Made by a program: the position numbers and the translations under genes | NCBI GenBank assembly: GCA_964606285.1 | Contig: CAZSFP010000003.1 | Span: 84,967 to 148,966 of the forward strand | DNA: 64,000 nt | Direction of reading: 5' to 3' | DNA from: an uncultured Candidatus Saccharibacteria bacterium | Lineage (GTDB): Bacteria; Patescibacteriota; Minisyncoccia; Phycocordibacterales; UBA9973 | Shown: positions 37,700 to 48,024 of the stretch, piece after piece | Numbering within the stretch: the first letter of the stretch is position 1 | How the letters are laid out: each line of letters opens with the position of its first letter | The notes under the pieces: model-generated | The model's input: only the letters and a program-made list of their open reading frames with translations | What the model was told of the DNA's origin: nothing | Databases searched by the model: none

Positions 37700-37847
37700 A
37701 GTACAGAGTATTTAGTATTTAAATTTTCTTCACTCTACTCTTTATTTTAAATTTGTCAACAATTATTACTTTCATTTATTCTTTGTAATTCGTATACTAG
37801 TATTGTATTTGTATTGACTACAAACTACTTTCTACTCACTAGTTTTT

Positions 37848-38420
37848 ATGCATCACATCTATCACACCCATGCAGTCATCCTCCATGCACGGCCAGTCGG
37901 CGAACGAGACATGTTTCTCAGTCTTTTTACGCACGAATTTGGTGCACTGTCGGTCAAGGTGACTGGCGTACGGACGATCAAATCAAAACTTCGACCATCA
38001 CTCGTGGCGGGATCATGGATTCGAGCTGATCTCGTGCGAGGGAGAGAGATTTGGCGGTTGACGAGCGCGGCAGCCGATACGTCCTTTTTTGCACTTCCAA
38101 GTACTGCTCGTCCTGCGTATGCACGTGGACTTCGTTTGATCGGACGTCTCTGTCGTGGGGAACAGGCACATGATGCGATCTATGACGACATGCGAATATT
38201 TTTCAGTTTGCTTGCAGCCGGAGAGCAAAAAGACTATCCGAGCATCGAAGGACTCTTTGCACTCCGTGTCCTGTATCATCTCGGGTATTGGGGCGATCAG
38301 GAATTGTATCGTCCATATCTGACGACATCGTTTACGCGCGAGTTGATCGAAACATTTTCACAGGCGTTGCCAGTGGCAATTCCAAAAATCAACCAGTCTC
38401 TCCACGAAACGCAGTTGTAA
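37848..38420 (+). CDS. recO: DNA repair protein RecO (short form)
   Basis: HAVILHARPVGERD..LSLFTHEFG...GVRTIKSKL OB fold; LRVLYHLGY. Confidence 0.88.
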   Translation: MHHIYHTHAVILHARPVGERDMFLSLFTHEFGALSVKVTGVRTIKSKLRPSLVAGSWIRADLVRGREIWRLTSAAADTSFFALPSTARPAYARGLRLIGRLCRGEQAHDAIYDDMRIFFSLLAAGEQKDYPSIEGLFALRVLYHLGYWGDQELYRPYLTTSFTRELIETFSQALPVAIPKINQSLHETQL

Positions 38421-38462
38421 TACACTGTCGTCACTTTCGTCTCATGATATACTTATCACCAT

Positions 38463-40385
38463 ATGGCAGAAGAACGAAACAGATTAGAAGAAATAAAAAA
38501 ACGGCTCTTTAGTCGTGACCCCAACGCTGTTCACGAGACGCGTCGCGGTAAGCTCGATGACATGGTCTACCCCGCAGAGCGTACGTGGCACAGTGAGAAT
38601 TCTTCATCGTCTCAATCCGTTCCTGTATCCGAATCTATGACAAAAAAAAGATCACCATTCAAAACATTTTTTATCGGCTCGCTCGTCTTCTTCGGTATTG
38701 CGGCAATCTTTGCACTCTTCAATATTTTTTCTGACAGCCGGACAGTTTCATCAAATAACATCGACATTGTTGTTCTCGGAAATGGTTTCACTGACGGAGG
38801 AGAGACGCTCGGGTTGGATGTCGACATTCAAAACAAAAATACTGCCGCACTTGAGTATGTCGATCTGATCATTACGTATCCACGAGGAGACGACGCAGAT
38901 CCTGCACAGCAAGAACGCAAGCGTATCTCTGTTGGCACAGTCGCTGCTGGTAAAACAAAGACACAGCATGTCGATCTCATTCTCTATGGTGCGCAGGGAA
39001 CGACCAAAAATATTTCATTCACGCTTGAATACCATATCGCTGGTTCAAATGCGATTTTCTCAAAAAATATCATATATCCAGTCATCATCAATGCCGCACC
39101 GGTGACACTCACTGTGGCAGGACCGACTGCGATCACACCCGGACAATCATTTACGCTCGATATTAGTGTGCTCCAGAATGCGACCGTGCCGGCAAAAAAT
39201 ATGCTCGTTCGTGTCGAATATCCGCCAAGTTTTTCATTTCAAAGTGCGGTTCCTGCAGCGATGGCTGGCAACAACATCTTTGAAATTGGTGATCTCGGTC
39301 CCGGCATGACAAAGAAAGTTTCGATCAAGGGCAAGCTCGAAGGTATTCCGGGAGAAGAACGATCGTTCCGTATTTATACCGGCGCTGGTGCATCGCAAGG
39401 TCAAACAGATATTGCGGTTGCATACAGTTCATTGCTCCACACAATGACACTCGAGAATCCGTTTATCAACGCACAGATCATGGTCGGTGGTGTTCGTGCG
39501 GAACAATACGCGATCACTGGTGGACAGTCAGTGCCGGTGTCCATCGCGTGGACAAACAATCTACCAACAAGCATTGATGATGTTGTCATCAATGCAAAAC
39601 TCTCGGGCAACGCACTCAATCAGTCATCGGTGCAGGCACAGAGCGGATTTTATGATTCGAATACAAATACAATTTCATGGAACAAAAATACTTTTTCACA
39701 ATTCGCATCGCTTGATCCCGGAGCTTCCGGTATGGTTGGTTTCAGTGTGGCATCATTGCTGCTTGTTGGTGGTGGACAATCACTGCTCGTCAACCCGACA
39801 ATTCTCGTCTCTGTTTCGGTCACCGGCAGACAGCCGAACGATGGTGGGACATCATCTCAAATCACAACAAGCGATGAACGTGAACTCCGTGTGTCGACAG
39901 GATTTTTCCTTGCCGGTCGAGGACTTCGTACGATCGGTGCATTTACAAACACTGGTCCAGTACCGCCAAAAGTTGGCAATCGTTCGACCTATACTATCGA
40001 ATGGACTGTTTCCAATTCTGCAAATCCTGTGACGGGTGCGGTTGCTGTTGCGACATTGCCGCCGTATGTCGAATGGGCAGGACGTACTGCACCAGAGAGT
40101 GAATCTTTGTCCTACAATGAGATAACACGGGAAGTGACGTGGAATATTGGCACGGTCAATGCCGGTGTCGGAATACAGGGTGGTGGACGAACTGCATCAT
40201 TCCAAGTTGCCATCACTCCGTCACTTTCACAGGTCGGTAGCACTCTCTCGCTTGTCGGCGAAACCAAACTCACGGGTACGGATTCTTTCTCACACGCCGC
40301 TCTCCAAAGTATCCGACCACTCATCAATACTCGTATATTGAACGATCCTGCATATCAAAACAACTGGGAAAAGGTAGTGAACTAA
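38463..40385 (+). CDS. Single-pass membrane protein with extracellular Ig-like (DUF11-like) repeats
   Basis: Cytoplasmic N-terminus, TM FFIGSLVFFGIAAIFALF, beta-rich repeats, NTGPVPPKVG...YTIEW. Confidence 0.8.
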   Translation: MAEERNRLEEIKKRLFSRDPNAVHETRRGKLDDMVYPAERTWHSENSSSSQSVPVSESMTKKRSPFKTFFIGSLVFFGIAAIFALFNIFSDSRTVSSNNIDIVVLGNGFTDGGETLGLDVDIQNKNTAALEYVDLIITYPRGDDADPAQQERKRISVGTVAAGKTKTQHVDLILYGAQGTTKNISFTLEYHIAGSNAIFSKNIIYPVIINAAPVTLTVAGPTAITPGQSFTLDISVLQNATVPAKNMLVRVEYPPSFSFQSAVPAAMAGNNIFEIGDLGPGMTKKVSIKGKLEGIPGEERSFRIYTGAGASQGQTDIAVAYSSLLHTMTLENPFINAQIMVGGVRAEQYAITGGQSVPVSIAWTNNLPTSIDDVVINAKLSGNALNQSSVQAQSGFYDSNTNTISWNKNTFSQFASLDPGASGMVGFSVASLLLVGGGQSLLVNPTILVSVSVTGRQPNDGGTSSQITTSDERELRVSTGFFLAGRGLRTIGAFTNTGPVPPKVGNRSTYTIEWTVSNSANPVTGAVAVATLPPYVEWAGRTAPESESLSYNEITREVTWNIGTVNAGVGIQGGGRTASFQVAITPSLSQVGSTLSLVGETKLTGTDSFSHAALQSIRPLINTRILNDPAYQNNWEKVVN

Positions 40386-40436
40386 TCGAACGCTGAATTT
40401 TGAAAAGCTTTTAAAATAGGGTAGTATGGGACGTAT

Positions 40437-41750
40437 ATGACAGACGCAACTTTGATGGAAAAACTTATCTCACTCTGCAAACGCCGGGGATTCATTTTTC
40501 AAGGATCCGAGATTTATGGTGGCTTGGCGGGAACCTGGGATCTCGGTCACTTGGGCGGAGAACTCGTCAACAATATAAAACATTCATGGTGGAAAAAATT
40601 TGTTTCTGATCGCGAAGATATGTATGGCATTCGTGCTGCAATTTTGATGCGCAGTGAAGTCTGGGAAGCCAGCGGTCACGTCGCTGGATTTGCTGATCCG
40701 ATGGTTGAATGTCCAAAATGCCAACAACGATTTCGTGCTGATCAGATAGAAACTGTAGATGGTAGTCAATATTGTCCTGATGACAAAGCAGTGCTCGGTA
40801 CTCCGCGTCAATTCAATATGATGTTCAAGACACAAGTTGGCGCTGCCGAAGATTCTTCTGCGACAGCATATCTTCGTCCTGAAACAGCACAGGGTATTTT
40901 TGTAAATTTCAAAAGTACACTGGATGCATATCACCCGAAACTACCATTTGGTATGGCGCAAATCGGCAAAGCATTTCGTAACGAGATTACACCTCGAGAC
41001 TTTGTGTTTCGTTCTCGAGAATTCGAGCAGATGGAAATCGAATATTTTATAAAAGAATCTGATTGGGAAAAATACTTTGAACATTTCCGTGTTGAAATGA
41101 CTGACTGGATGAACAGTGTGGGTATCGATATGAATAAAGTATCTGAGCTTGAAGTATCAACAGAGGATTTGGCACACTATTCAAAGCGGACGATAGATTT
41201 CGAATTTGAATATCCTTTCGGCAAGAAAGAACTCTTTGGTCTTGCATACCGCGGAAATTTTGATTTGACCAATCACAAACTCGATTACTTTGATGAAGAA
41301 TCAGGAGAGCGATTCGTACCACATGTTATCGAACCATCATTTGGTGTTGAACGAGCGCTGCTCGCATTACTTTTGTCTGCGTATACAGAAGATGAACAAA
41401 ATGGGGAAGTGCGAACATATTTGAAATTGAAACCATCTATTGCGCCTACTATCTGTGCGGTTTCACCACTTCTTAAAAACAAACCTGAGCTCGTTGAAAA
41501 AGCTCGTGGTGTATTTACACTCCTCAAAAAAGAATTTGGCCGTGTCGCATGGGATGACAATGGTAACATCGGCAAGCGCTACCGCCGCCAAGATGAAATC
41601 GGTACGCCATGGTGTATCGTCATCGACTTTGACACACTTGGTGAAAATCCAGACCTCCTCGATACTGTCACGATTCGTGATCGAGACACAGGTACCCAAG
41701 AGCGAATTGCTATTAGTGATTTGGTGTCTAAAATAAAATCTCAACTATAA
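40437..41750 (+). CDS. glyQS: Glycine--tRNA ligase, alpha2 type
   Basis: KRRGFIFQGSEIYGG, YLRPETAQG, FRSREFEQME, VIEPSFG, IGKRYRRQDEIGTP. Confidence 0.97.
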   Translation: MTDATLMEKLISLCKRRGFIFQGSEIYGGLAGTWDLGHLGGELVNNIKHSWWKKFVSDREDMYGIRAAILMRSEVWEASGHVAGFADPMVECPKCQQRFRADQIETVDGSQYCPDDKAVLGTPRQFNMMFKTQVGAAEDSSATAYLRPETAQGIFVNFKSTLDAYHPKLPFGMAQIGKAFRNEITPRDFVFRSREFEQMEIEYFIKESDWEKYFEHFRVEMTDWMNSVGIDMNKVSELEVSTEDLAHYSKRTIDFEFEYPFGKKELFGLAYRGNFDLTNHKLDYFDEESGERFVPHVIEPSFGVERALLALLLSAYTEDEQNGEVRTYLKLKPSIAPTICAVSPLLKNKPELVEKARGVFTLLKKEFGRVAWDDNGNIGKRYRRQDEIGTPWCIVIDFDTLGENPDLLDTVTIRDRDTGTQERIAISDLVSKIKSQL

Positions 41751-41751
41751 A

Positions 41752-43011
41752 ATGAAGTTAAAAAAAACAATTCTCAAAAATGGACTTCGGATCGTTACTG
41801 TGACGATGGATGCGCCGACAACGACTGCACTTGTTATGGTTGAAGCGGGAAGTAGATATGAGACTCGGGAAACCAACGGTCTCTCACATTTTCTCGAACA
41901 TATGTGTTTCAAGGGCACGACTCGCCGATCCGCAAAAGAAATTGCTCATGAACTCGAAGGGATGGGAGCAGAAACAAATGCATTTACGAGTTATGACTAT
42001 ACCGGCTATTATGCAAAAGGTCGTGCGGCGCTGTTGCCACGACTGCTCGATGTCGTCGCTGATGTCTATCTCAATTCAGTTTTTCCCGTCGAAGAAATAG
42101 AAAAAGAACGCGGGGTGATTTGCGGAGAAATCGACATGTACAACGATTTGCCACAACAGCAAGTCATGAGAAATATCACTGAATCCATCTACGGTGAACA
42201 ACCAGCAGGGTACTCGGTATTGGGACCAAAGGAAAACATCAAACGATTTACTCGCGATGATTTTATACAATATAGAACAAAGCATTATCATGCAGCAACG
42301 ACGACAGTTATTGTGACCGGTCCTGCGTCTCACGGAGACGTAGTTGCGGCTGTAAAAAAATTATTCAAAGATATTCCCGTCGCTAAAATACACACAAAGA
42401 AAAAGATTGCGAAAACAATCGGCAAGAAAATTTTTATAGAAGAAAAAAAGACTGATCAATCGCATGTCATTATCGGTGGTCGTGCAATGTCGATGAGTCA
42501 CAAGGATTCGACTGCGTTTGATGTGGCGATGGGGGTTTTGGGGAAGGGTATGAGTTCCCGACTTTTTATGCGACTTCGTGAAGAAATGGGTGCAGGATAT
42601 TATGTCAGTGCCGGAGCACCGATGTCTGATGATACGGGTATATTTATGATCCGGACAGGCACAGAACCAAAACGCGTTCCAGAAGTTATCGAGGCTATCG
42701 TTGAAGAAATCAAAAAACTCCAAACAACACTCGTTTCTGATGAAGAACTGAGAAAAACAAAAGAATATTTGATCGGAGGACTGTATATGGACCTCGAATC
42801 TACAGACAGTGTTGCCGTGCATGTCGGCTATGAAGAAATTCTTCATCAGAAAATCAAAATGCAAAAAGAGATAGAAAAAGAAATTCGTGCGATTACCAGT
42901 GCTGATATCCGACGGGTCATGAAAACATATTGCAAACCCGAATATTTACACCTCGCGGTCATTGGTCCGGGTCATGACGCTATTTCTCTCGGGGTACTGT
43001 TGGCAAAATAA
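41752..43011 (+). CDS. M16 family zinc peptidase
   Basis: GLSHFLEHMCFKGT (HxxEH), NAFT, EKERGVI, MSSRLF..LREE.G. Confidence 0.95.
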   Translation: MKLKKTILKNGLRIVTVTMDAPTTTALVMVEAGSRYETRETNGLSHFLEHMCFKGTTRRSAKEIAHELEGMGAETNAFTSYDYTGYYAKGRAALLPRLLDVVADVYLNSVFPVEEIEKERGVICGEIDMYNDLPQQQVMRNITESIYGEQPAGYSVLGPKENIKRFTRDDFIQYRTKHYHAATTTVIVTGPASHGDVVAAVKKLFKDIPVAKIHTKKKIAKTIGKKIFIEEKKTDQSHVIIGGRAMSMSHKDSTAFDVAMGVLGKGMSSRLFMRLREEMGAGYYVSAGAPMSDDTGIFMIRTGTEPKRVPEVIEAIVEEIKKLQTTLVSDEELRKTKEYLIGGLYMDLESTDSVAVHVGYEEILHQKIKMQKEIEKEIRAITSADIRRVMKTYCKPEYLHLAVIGPGHDAISLGVLLAK

Positions 43012-43032
43012 GCTCTGTGATATAGTAGTCAT

Positions 43033-44100
43033 ATGTCAACGCCCCGCCTCAATATCAATATCACTTCAGGGACGTTTGTTCGTTTGGCGGTATTTATCAT
43101 TCTCGGTCTTATGCTCGTTCGTATCCGAGACTTGATCCTCGTCATTTTGACCTCTATTACGATCGCATCGTTCGTCGAAGCAGGAGTTCATAAGCTTGGA
43201 AAATGGAAGATCGGCAGAACACTGGCGGTGTTTCTGATCTATATCATCACCATTCTTTTCCTGTTTATATTGTTTTACTTGTTTATTCCGATCATTATCG
43301 ATGAAGTTGCAGGATTGTTGACACTCGTCAAAGATCAATTCATTGACTCAAATCTCTTCGTTACTCTTCCGGGAGATTCTATTTCTGAAGCGCAGAATTT
43401 TGTGTCCGGTTTGACCAACGCGACATCGTTGTCCGAAGGTATTTCTGGAAGTGCACAATCACTTATCAGTGGGCTTTCCGGTGGGTTTATCGGAACACTG
43501 TCATTGTTCTTTGGTGGTATTCTCAATTTTGTTCTCATTACCGTTATTTCATTTTATTTGTCAGTCCAAGACCATGGAGTGGAAAATTTTCTTCGTATTG
43601 TTATTCCCCTCAAACATGAAGACTATGCGATCGATCTCTGGCGTCGAACAGAACGAAAGATCGGTTTGTGGTTCCAGGGTCAGCTCGTTCTCGCATTCTT
43701 TATCTTTATTTTGACCTATATTGGTCTTCTGGTTATCGGCGTTCCATACGCGCTCTTGATCTCACTCGTTACCGGACTGTTTGAACTTGTTCCGTACGGT
43801 ATCCTTCTCGCAATTATTCCAGCGGTTGCATTCGCGTACCTCGATGGGGGAATAACACTTGCTTTGATCGTCGTCGCGTTTTATACGATTCTCCAGCAGA
43901 TTGAGAACTATATCATCCAGCCACTCGTTATGCGACGGATGATCGGTATCTCGCCGCTCGTTGTTATCCTCGCGATACTTATCGGTGCAAAACTTGCTGG
44001 ATTCTGGGGATTCATTCTCGCGATCCCAATGGCTGTCCTAGTTCTTGAATTTATGGGAGACCTCGAACGAAACAAAATTGCAGCTAAAAGCACTACCTAA
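43033..44100 (+). CDS. AI-2E (PerM/UPF0118) family transporter
   Basis: Multiple TMs; QQIENYIIQP, GISPL, GFWGFILAIP. Confidence 0.92.
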   Translation: MSTPRLNINITSGTFVRLAVFIILGLMLVRIRDLILVILTSITIASFVEAGVHKLGKWKIGRTLAVFLIYIITILFLFILFYLFIPIIIDEVAGLLTLVKDQFIDSNLFVTLPGDSISEAQNFVSGLTNATSLSEGISGSAQSLISGLSGGFIGTLSLFFGGILNFVLITVISFYLSVQDHGVENFLRIVIPLKHEDYAIDLWRRTERKIGLWFQGQLVLAFFIFILTYIGLLVIGVPYALLISLVTGLFELVPYGILLAIIPAVAFAYLDGGITLALIVVAFYTILQQIENYIIQPLVMRRMIGISPLVVILAILIGAKLAGFWGFILAIPMAVLVLEFMGDLERNKIAAKSTT

Positions 44101-44116
44101 CTAACTCATTTCTTGT

Positions 44117-45559
44117 ATGAAAAAATCATTTTATATAACAACAACATTGCCATATGTGAATGCTGAACCGCATGTCGGTTTCGCTATGGAAATTATCCGT
44201 GCCGATATCATTGCTCGAGCAAAAAAAATGCAGGGATACGATGTATTCTTCAATACTGGAACCGATGAGCACGGGCAGAAACTTTGGAATGATGCGCAAA
44301 AAAATGGAAAAGATGTGAAAGACTATGTTGATGAATACGCACTTCGTTTCAAAGGATTGGCAGGATTGCTCAACATCTCGTCTGATGTGCATTTTATTCG
44401 AACGACCGATACAGCTCATGAAGCCGCTGCACAAGAATTTTGGAAGCTCTGTGACAAGAATGGCTTTATTTACAAAAAATCCTACCAGATAAAATACTGC
44501 GTCGGATGCGAGTTGGAAAAAACAGAATCCGAACTCGATGACAGTGGTCAGTGTCCGATTCATCCGACCTACAAGATAGAATTGATCGATGAAGAAAATT
44601 ATTTCTTCAAGTTTTCTGCATTTCAAAAACCATTACTTGATTTTTATGCAGCACGACCTGATTTCGTCATTCCTGATTTTCGTTTCAATGAGATCAAAGC
44701 ATTCGTTGAACGGGGACTCGAAGACTTTTCTATCTCGCGTCTCAAATCTAAAATGCCGTGGGGTGTACCGGTATCAGGAGATGATACACAAGTCATGTAC
44801 GTTTGGTTTGATGCCTTGGTAAATTATATTTCAACGCTGGGTTGGCCAAACAACGGAGGGCAATTTGAAAGTTTCTGGAAAAACGGCATGCCGACACAAT
44901 ATTGCGGCAAAGACAATCTCCGTCAGCAGTCAGCGATGTGGCAAGCGATGCTCATGGCAGCAGAATTGCCAAATTCTCATCAGATAGTCATCAATGGTTT
45001 TTTTACCGGCGAAGGCGGTCTCAAGATGTCTAAATCTATCGGTAATGTCATCAATCCCTATGATGTCGTTGCAGAATTTGGCACTGACGCGCTTCGGTAT
45101 TATGTCGTTGGAGAAGTATCAATGTTCGAAGACAGTCCATGCTCCATGGATCTCATCAAAGGGAGTTACAATGCGAAACTTGCCAATGGTCTCGGCAATC
45201 TCACGTCCCGCATCATGAAAATGGCAGTAACACATCTGGAAGATCCTGTTCCGACTGATGAAATATCTGTGCCTGATGAATATATTGCTTTTCTCAATGC
45301 TTATGAGATTGGTAAAGCGGTACAGGTGATTTGGCATGAGATCAGTGCTCTTGATCTCCTCATCCAAGAGACTCAGCCGTTCAAGCTCGTCAAAACCGAT
45401 CCTGAAAAAGGGAAAGAAATCATTCGCGAACTTGTGACTCGATTGTGTGCGGTTGCCTACATGCTTGGTCCTGTTTTGCCAGAAACAGCTGAAAAAATAA
45501 AAATATTGATCAAAAATCACACAACTCCTGAGCAACCATTGTTTTTGAGAAAAGACTAA
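44117..45559 (+). CDS. metG: Methionine--tRNA ligase (short form)
   Basis: YITTTLPYVNAEPHVG, TGTDEHG, YVWFDALVNY, KMSKS, LANGLGNL. Confidence 0.97.
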   Translation: MKKSFYITTTLPYVNAEPHVGFAMEIIRADIIARAKKMQGYDVFFNTGTDEHGQKLWNDAQKNGKDVKDYVDEYALRFKGLAGLLNISSDVHFIRTTDTAHEAAAQEFWKLCDKNGFIYKKSYQIKYCVGCELEKTESELDDSGQCPIHPTYKIELIDEENYFFKFSAFQKPLLDFYAARPDFVIPDFRFNEIKAFVERGLEDFSISRLKSKMPWGVPVSGDDTQVMYVWFDALVNYISTLGWPNNGGQFESFWKNGMPTQYCGKDNLRQQSAMWQAMLMAAELPNSHQIVINGFFTGEGGLKMSKSIGNVINPYDVVAEFGTDALRYYVVGEVSMFEDSPCSMDLIKGSYNAKLANGLGNLTSRIMKMAVTHLEDPVPTDEISVPDEYIAFLNAYEIGKAVQVIWHEISALDLLIQETQPFKLVKTDPEKGKEIIRELVTRLCAVAYMLGPVLPETAEKIKILIKNHTTPEQPLFLRKD

Positions 45560-45570
45560 ATAATGAGATC

Positions 45571-46062
45571 ATGATTACGCACCCATCAAAAGAGTATATG
45601 GATCTAGCTATAATTGAAGCAAAAAACTCTGCTTTGACTGGTCAGTACGCCTTGGGAGCTCTTGTTGTAAATGATAGGGGTGAAATTATTTCTATTGCAC
45701 ATACGACATTACATGAATCACAGGATGCGACAACTCATGCAGAGATGAATGCTATACGAGCTGCTTGTAAACAACTAAACAATAGATATTTATCCGGATG
45801 TTGGCTCTATACAACCCTTGAACCATGTCCTATGTGTACATCGGCTGCTATTTGGGCGAAAATGGAAGGTATTGTTTTTGGTGCAACTAAAGACGATGCT
45901 GTTGAATTTTCACAAAAAATCAAAGATAGTAAATTTACATGGCGACAAATAGATATTTCTTCAAAAACTATTATTGAAAAAGGTAATCCAATTTTGAAAC
46001 TTCATGAAGAATTTGAAAGAGAAGAATGTATTAAACTTTTTGATATTTCAAATAATATATAA
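45571..46062 (+). CDS. Nucleoside/nucleobase deaminase (TadA/GuaD-like)
   Basis: HAEMNAIR, LYTTLEPCPMC, AIWAK...IVFG. Confidence 0.88.
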   Translation: MITHPSKEYMDLAIIEAKNSALTGQYALGALVVNDRGEIISIAHTTLHESQDATTHAEMNAIRAACKQLNNRYLSGCWLYTTLEPCPMCTSAAIWAKMEGIVFGATKDDAVEFSQKIKDSKFTWRQIDISSKTIIEKGNPILKLHEEFEREECIKLFDISNNI

Positions 46063-46071
46063 TTCATATAT

Positions 46072-46824
46072 ATGTCTCACGAAAAAATTATTCAAGTTCA
46101 AACTCTCGAGCATCCTGTAAAGAAAGTTGTTGCACCTGAAGTAGAACAAGATAGTGTCACTAAAAAATACAAAGAATCTCCTGAAAAATCCCAGCTCCGC
46201 GAAGACTTTCTCGCCTTTGAATCCATATTGGTGGACGGGGAAGTAAAAAAAGCATGGGAAATCATAGAAGGAAATGGATTTTATGGAACTTTTTCTCAAT
46301 ACGGAAAAGCTGATCCGTTCATGGAATTTGAAGAATATATTCGCAAAGCAACTGGTGTCGGTATTTATAAAACGGCAGGATTTTCTGATATGTCTCATGG
46401 TGAATTGGGAGGTCTCATCGGAACGTACAAAAATATGTTGGATACCGTTACGAACAATAGTTATGGAGAACGACAGAGACTTGAGATCATTGACCAGAAA
46501 CTCGTTCATTTCTTTGAAGATCGCATCAATCATTTTCTGAAAACTATCAAGCAGCGTATTCATGATGTGGCACTCCATCGTGCTGGTATCGAGAACCGTC
46601 AAGCGCGCAGACAACTCGAAAAACAATTACTCGAAAAATTGTCACTTGGAGAGAAAAAAGAAGAAATGATGACACTGCTTGCTGATGTTGATACTCGCAA
46701 AAAAGCAGTGTATCAATTCAAAGGACACGACATGGTTCGCTTGTGCCGAGAAATGTCGACTGATGTGAATGAGGTGCTCAAAGATCCATTCTATTCTGAT
46801 CCACTTATCCCGGATGCTTACTAA
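46072..46824 (+). CDS. Hypothetical protein
   Basis: 250-aa ORF in operon position; no family recognised. Confidence 0.7.
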   Translation: MSHEKIIQVQTLEHPVKKVVAPEVEQDSVTKKYKESPEKSQLREDFLAFESILVDGEVKKAWEIIEGNGFYGTFSQYGKADPFMEFEEYIRKATGVGIYKTAGFSDMSHGELGGLIGTYKNMLDTVTNNSYGERQRLEIIDQKLVHFFEDRINHFLKTIKQRIHDVALHRAGIENRQARRQLEKQLLEKLSLGEKKEEMMTLLADVDTRKKAVYQFKGHDMVRLCREMSTDVNEVLKDPFYSDPLIPDAY

Positions 46825-46902
46825 ATAGGAATAAATAGCATTCTTTACAAAAATACCACAATGTGGTATTTTTGTTTTAAATCTCAAACTAAAACGATAG
46901 CT

Positions 46903-47889
46903 ATGAAAAAAATCCTGTTCCTTGTCATTCTTATTGCACAAAGTGCGTATATGACATTTGCTCAAAATAATCAAAATGAAACATTAACTTTCAAAGAAAT
47001 TGGTACTCATGTCGAAAGTTCTTACCGTAGTGGTTCAACAGTATATTTTATATATCCCGTAACGGAGTATAAAATAAATTGTGGTTCAAAAACACCGACA
47101 GAAATCCAGATTTGTGATGGTATATCAACTGCAGCAAAACATGTTGTTATGGTACATGATACAACATCTTCATCTGTTGAAAATGTTTTCAGTGCGTATC
47201 AAACGGGTCAATTTGTAGAAACAAATACGACAACTTTATGGACGGGGATACCTTTGGCATCAAATCTCGGAATATATTCAGTTCCTGTCTCTAAAATAAC
47301 AGGAATTGTGTATCTGAAAGAAAAAAATACAATAATAAAAAAAGTAAAATACGAAGATGCCAAGTCTTCACAACCGTTCTTCGGAGTTATGTGTAGTATT
47401 GCTTTTTGCATTATGTTTGCGATCTCATTACTTGTAAGAGGTAAGGAAAAAGATTGCGTAGATATGTATCGTTCAGGGGAGGCAACTATAAAATGGATAA
47501 CATTGGCAGCTGGTATTGTAATGCTCTGTATTGCATATGTTGATGCAACAGGAAAATTTTCGTTGTATGAAAATGCTGTTCCTAAACTTGTTGCTGTATC
47601 AGGTATTATACTGTTGATTATCTTTGTTCTTTATTTGAGACTTGAAAAGTCAGAAATTAATTATGAAGAAAAACGTATCAATGTTAAATTTCTGATAAGT
47701 ATTTCTCTGTTTTTTACAATGATTGCATATGGTGGACTTGTAGGGGACGGTATGGTTATGAGGTGGTTTGTATTCTGGATATTTATGCTCATGGGATGTA
47801 TACTTTTATTTCGTAATATTCCAACAGTATATAAATGGTATTGTGAAAAATATCCCAATGCTCGTTTTACCAGATTCATGAAAGTATAA
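46903..47889 (+). CDS. Signal-peptide protein with ~5 C-terminal TM helices
   Basis: MKKILFLVILIAQSAYMTFA-Q signal; hydrophobic C-terminal half; terminator 47907-47933. Confidence 0.75.
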   Translation: MKKILFLVILIAQSAYMTFAQNNQNETLTFKEIGTHVESSYRSGSTVYFIYPVTEYKINCGSKTPTEIQICDGISTAAKHVVMVHDTTSSSVENVFSAYQTGQFVETNTTTLWTGIPLASNLGIYSVPVSKITGIVYLKEKNTIIKKVKYEDAKSSQPFFGVMCSIAFCIMFAISLLVRGKEKDCVDMYRSGEATIKWITLAAGIVMLCIAYVDATGKFSLYENAVPKLVAVSGIILLIIFVLYLRLEKSEINYEEKRINVKFLISISLFFTMIAYGGLVGDGMVMRWFVFWIFMLMGCILLFRNIPTVYKWYCEKYPNARFTRFMKV

Positions 47890-48024
47890 TTTGTGCAAAA
47901 AGAGTGAAAAATCCCGATTCGTTCGGGATTTTTTTGTTTATAATGATATTAGTTGTATTTTAACATACTATTGACAAAAATATAAATATCTGTAAAATAA
48001 TGAAAAATATTAAAATCACGTTCT

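Noticed and set aside
45571-46062. Second deaminase as part of the thymidylate cluster, or a firm tadA call
   Set aside because: It is 17 kb away in the metG operon, and I cannot separate TadA from guanine deaminase by eye.
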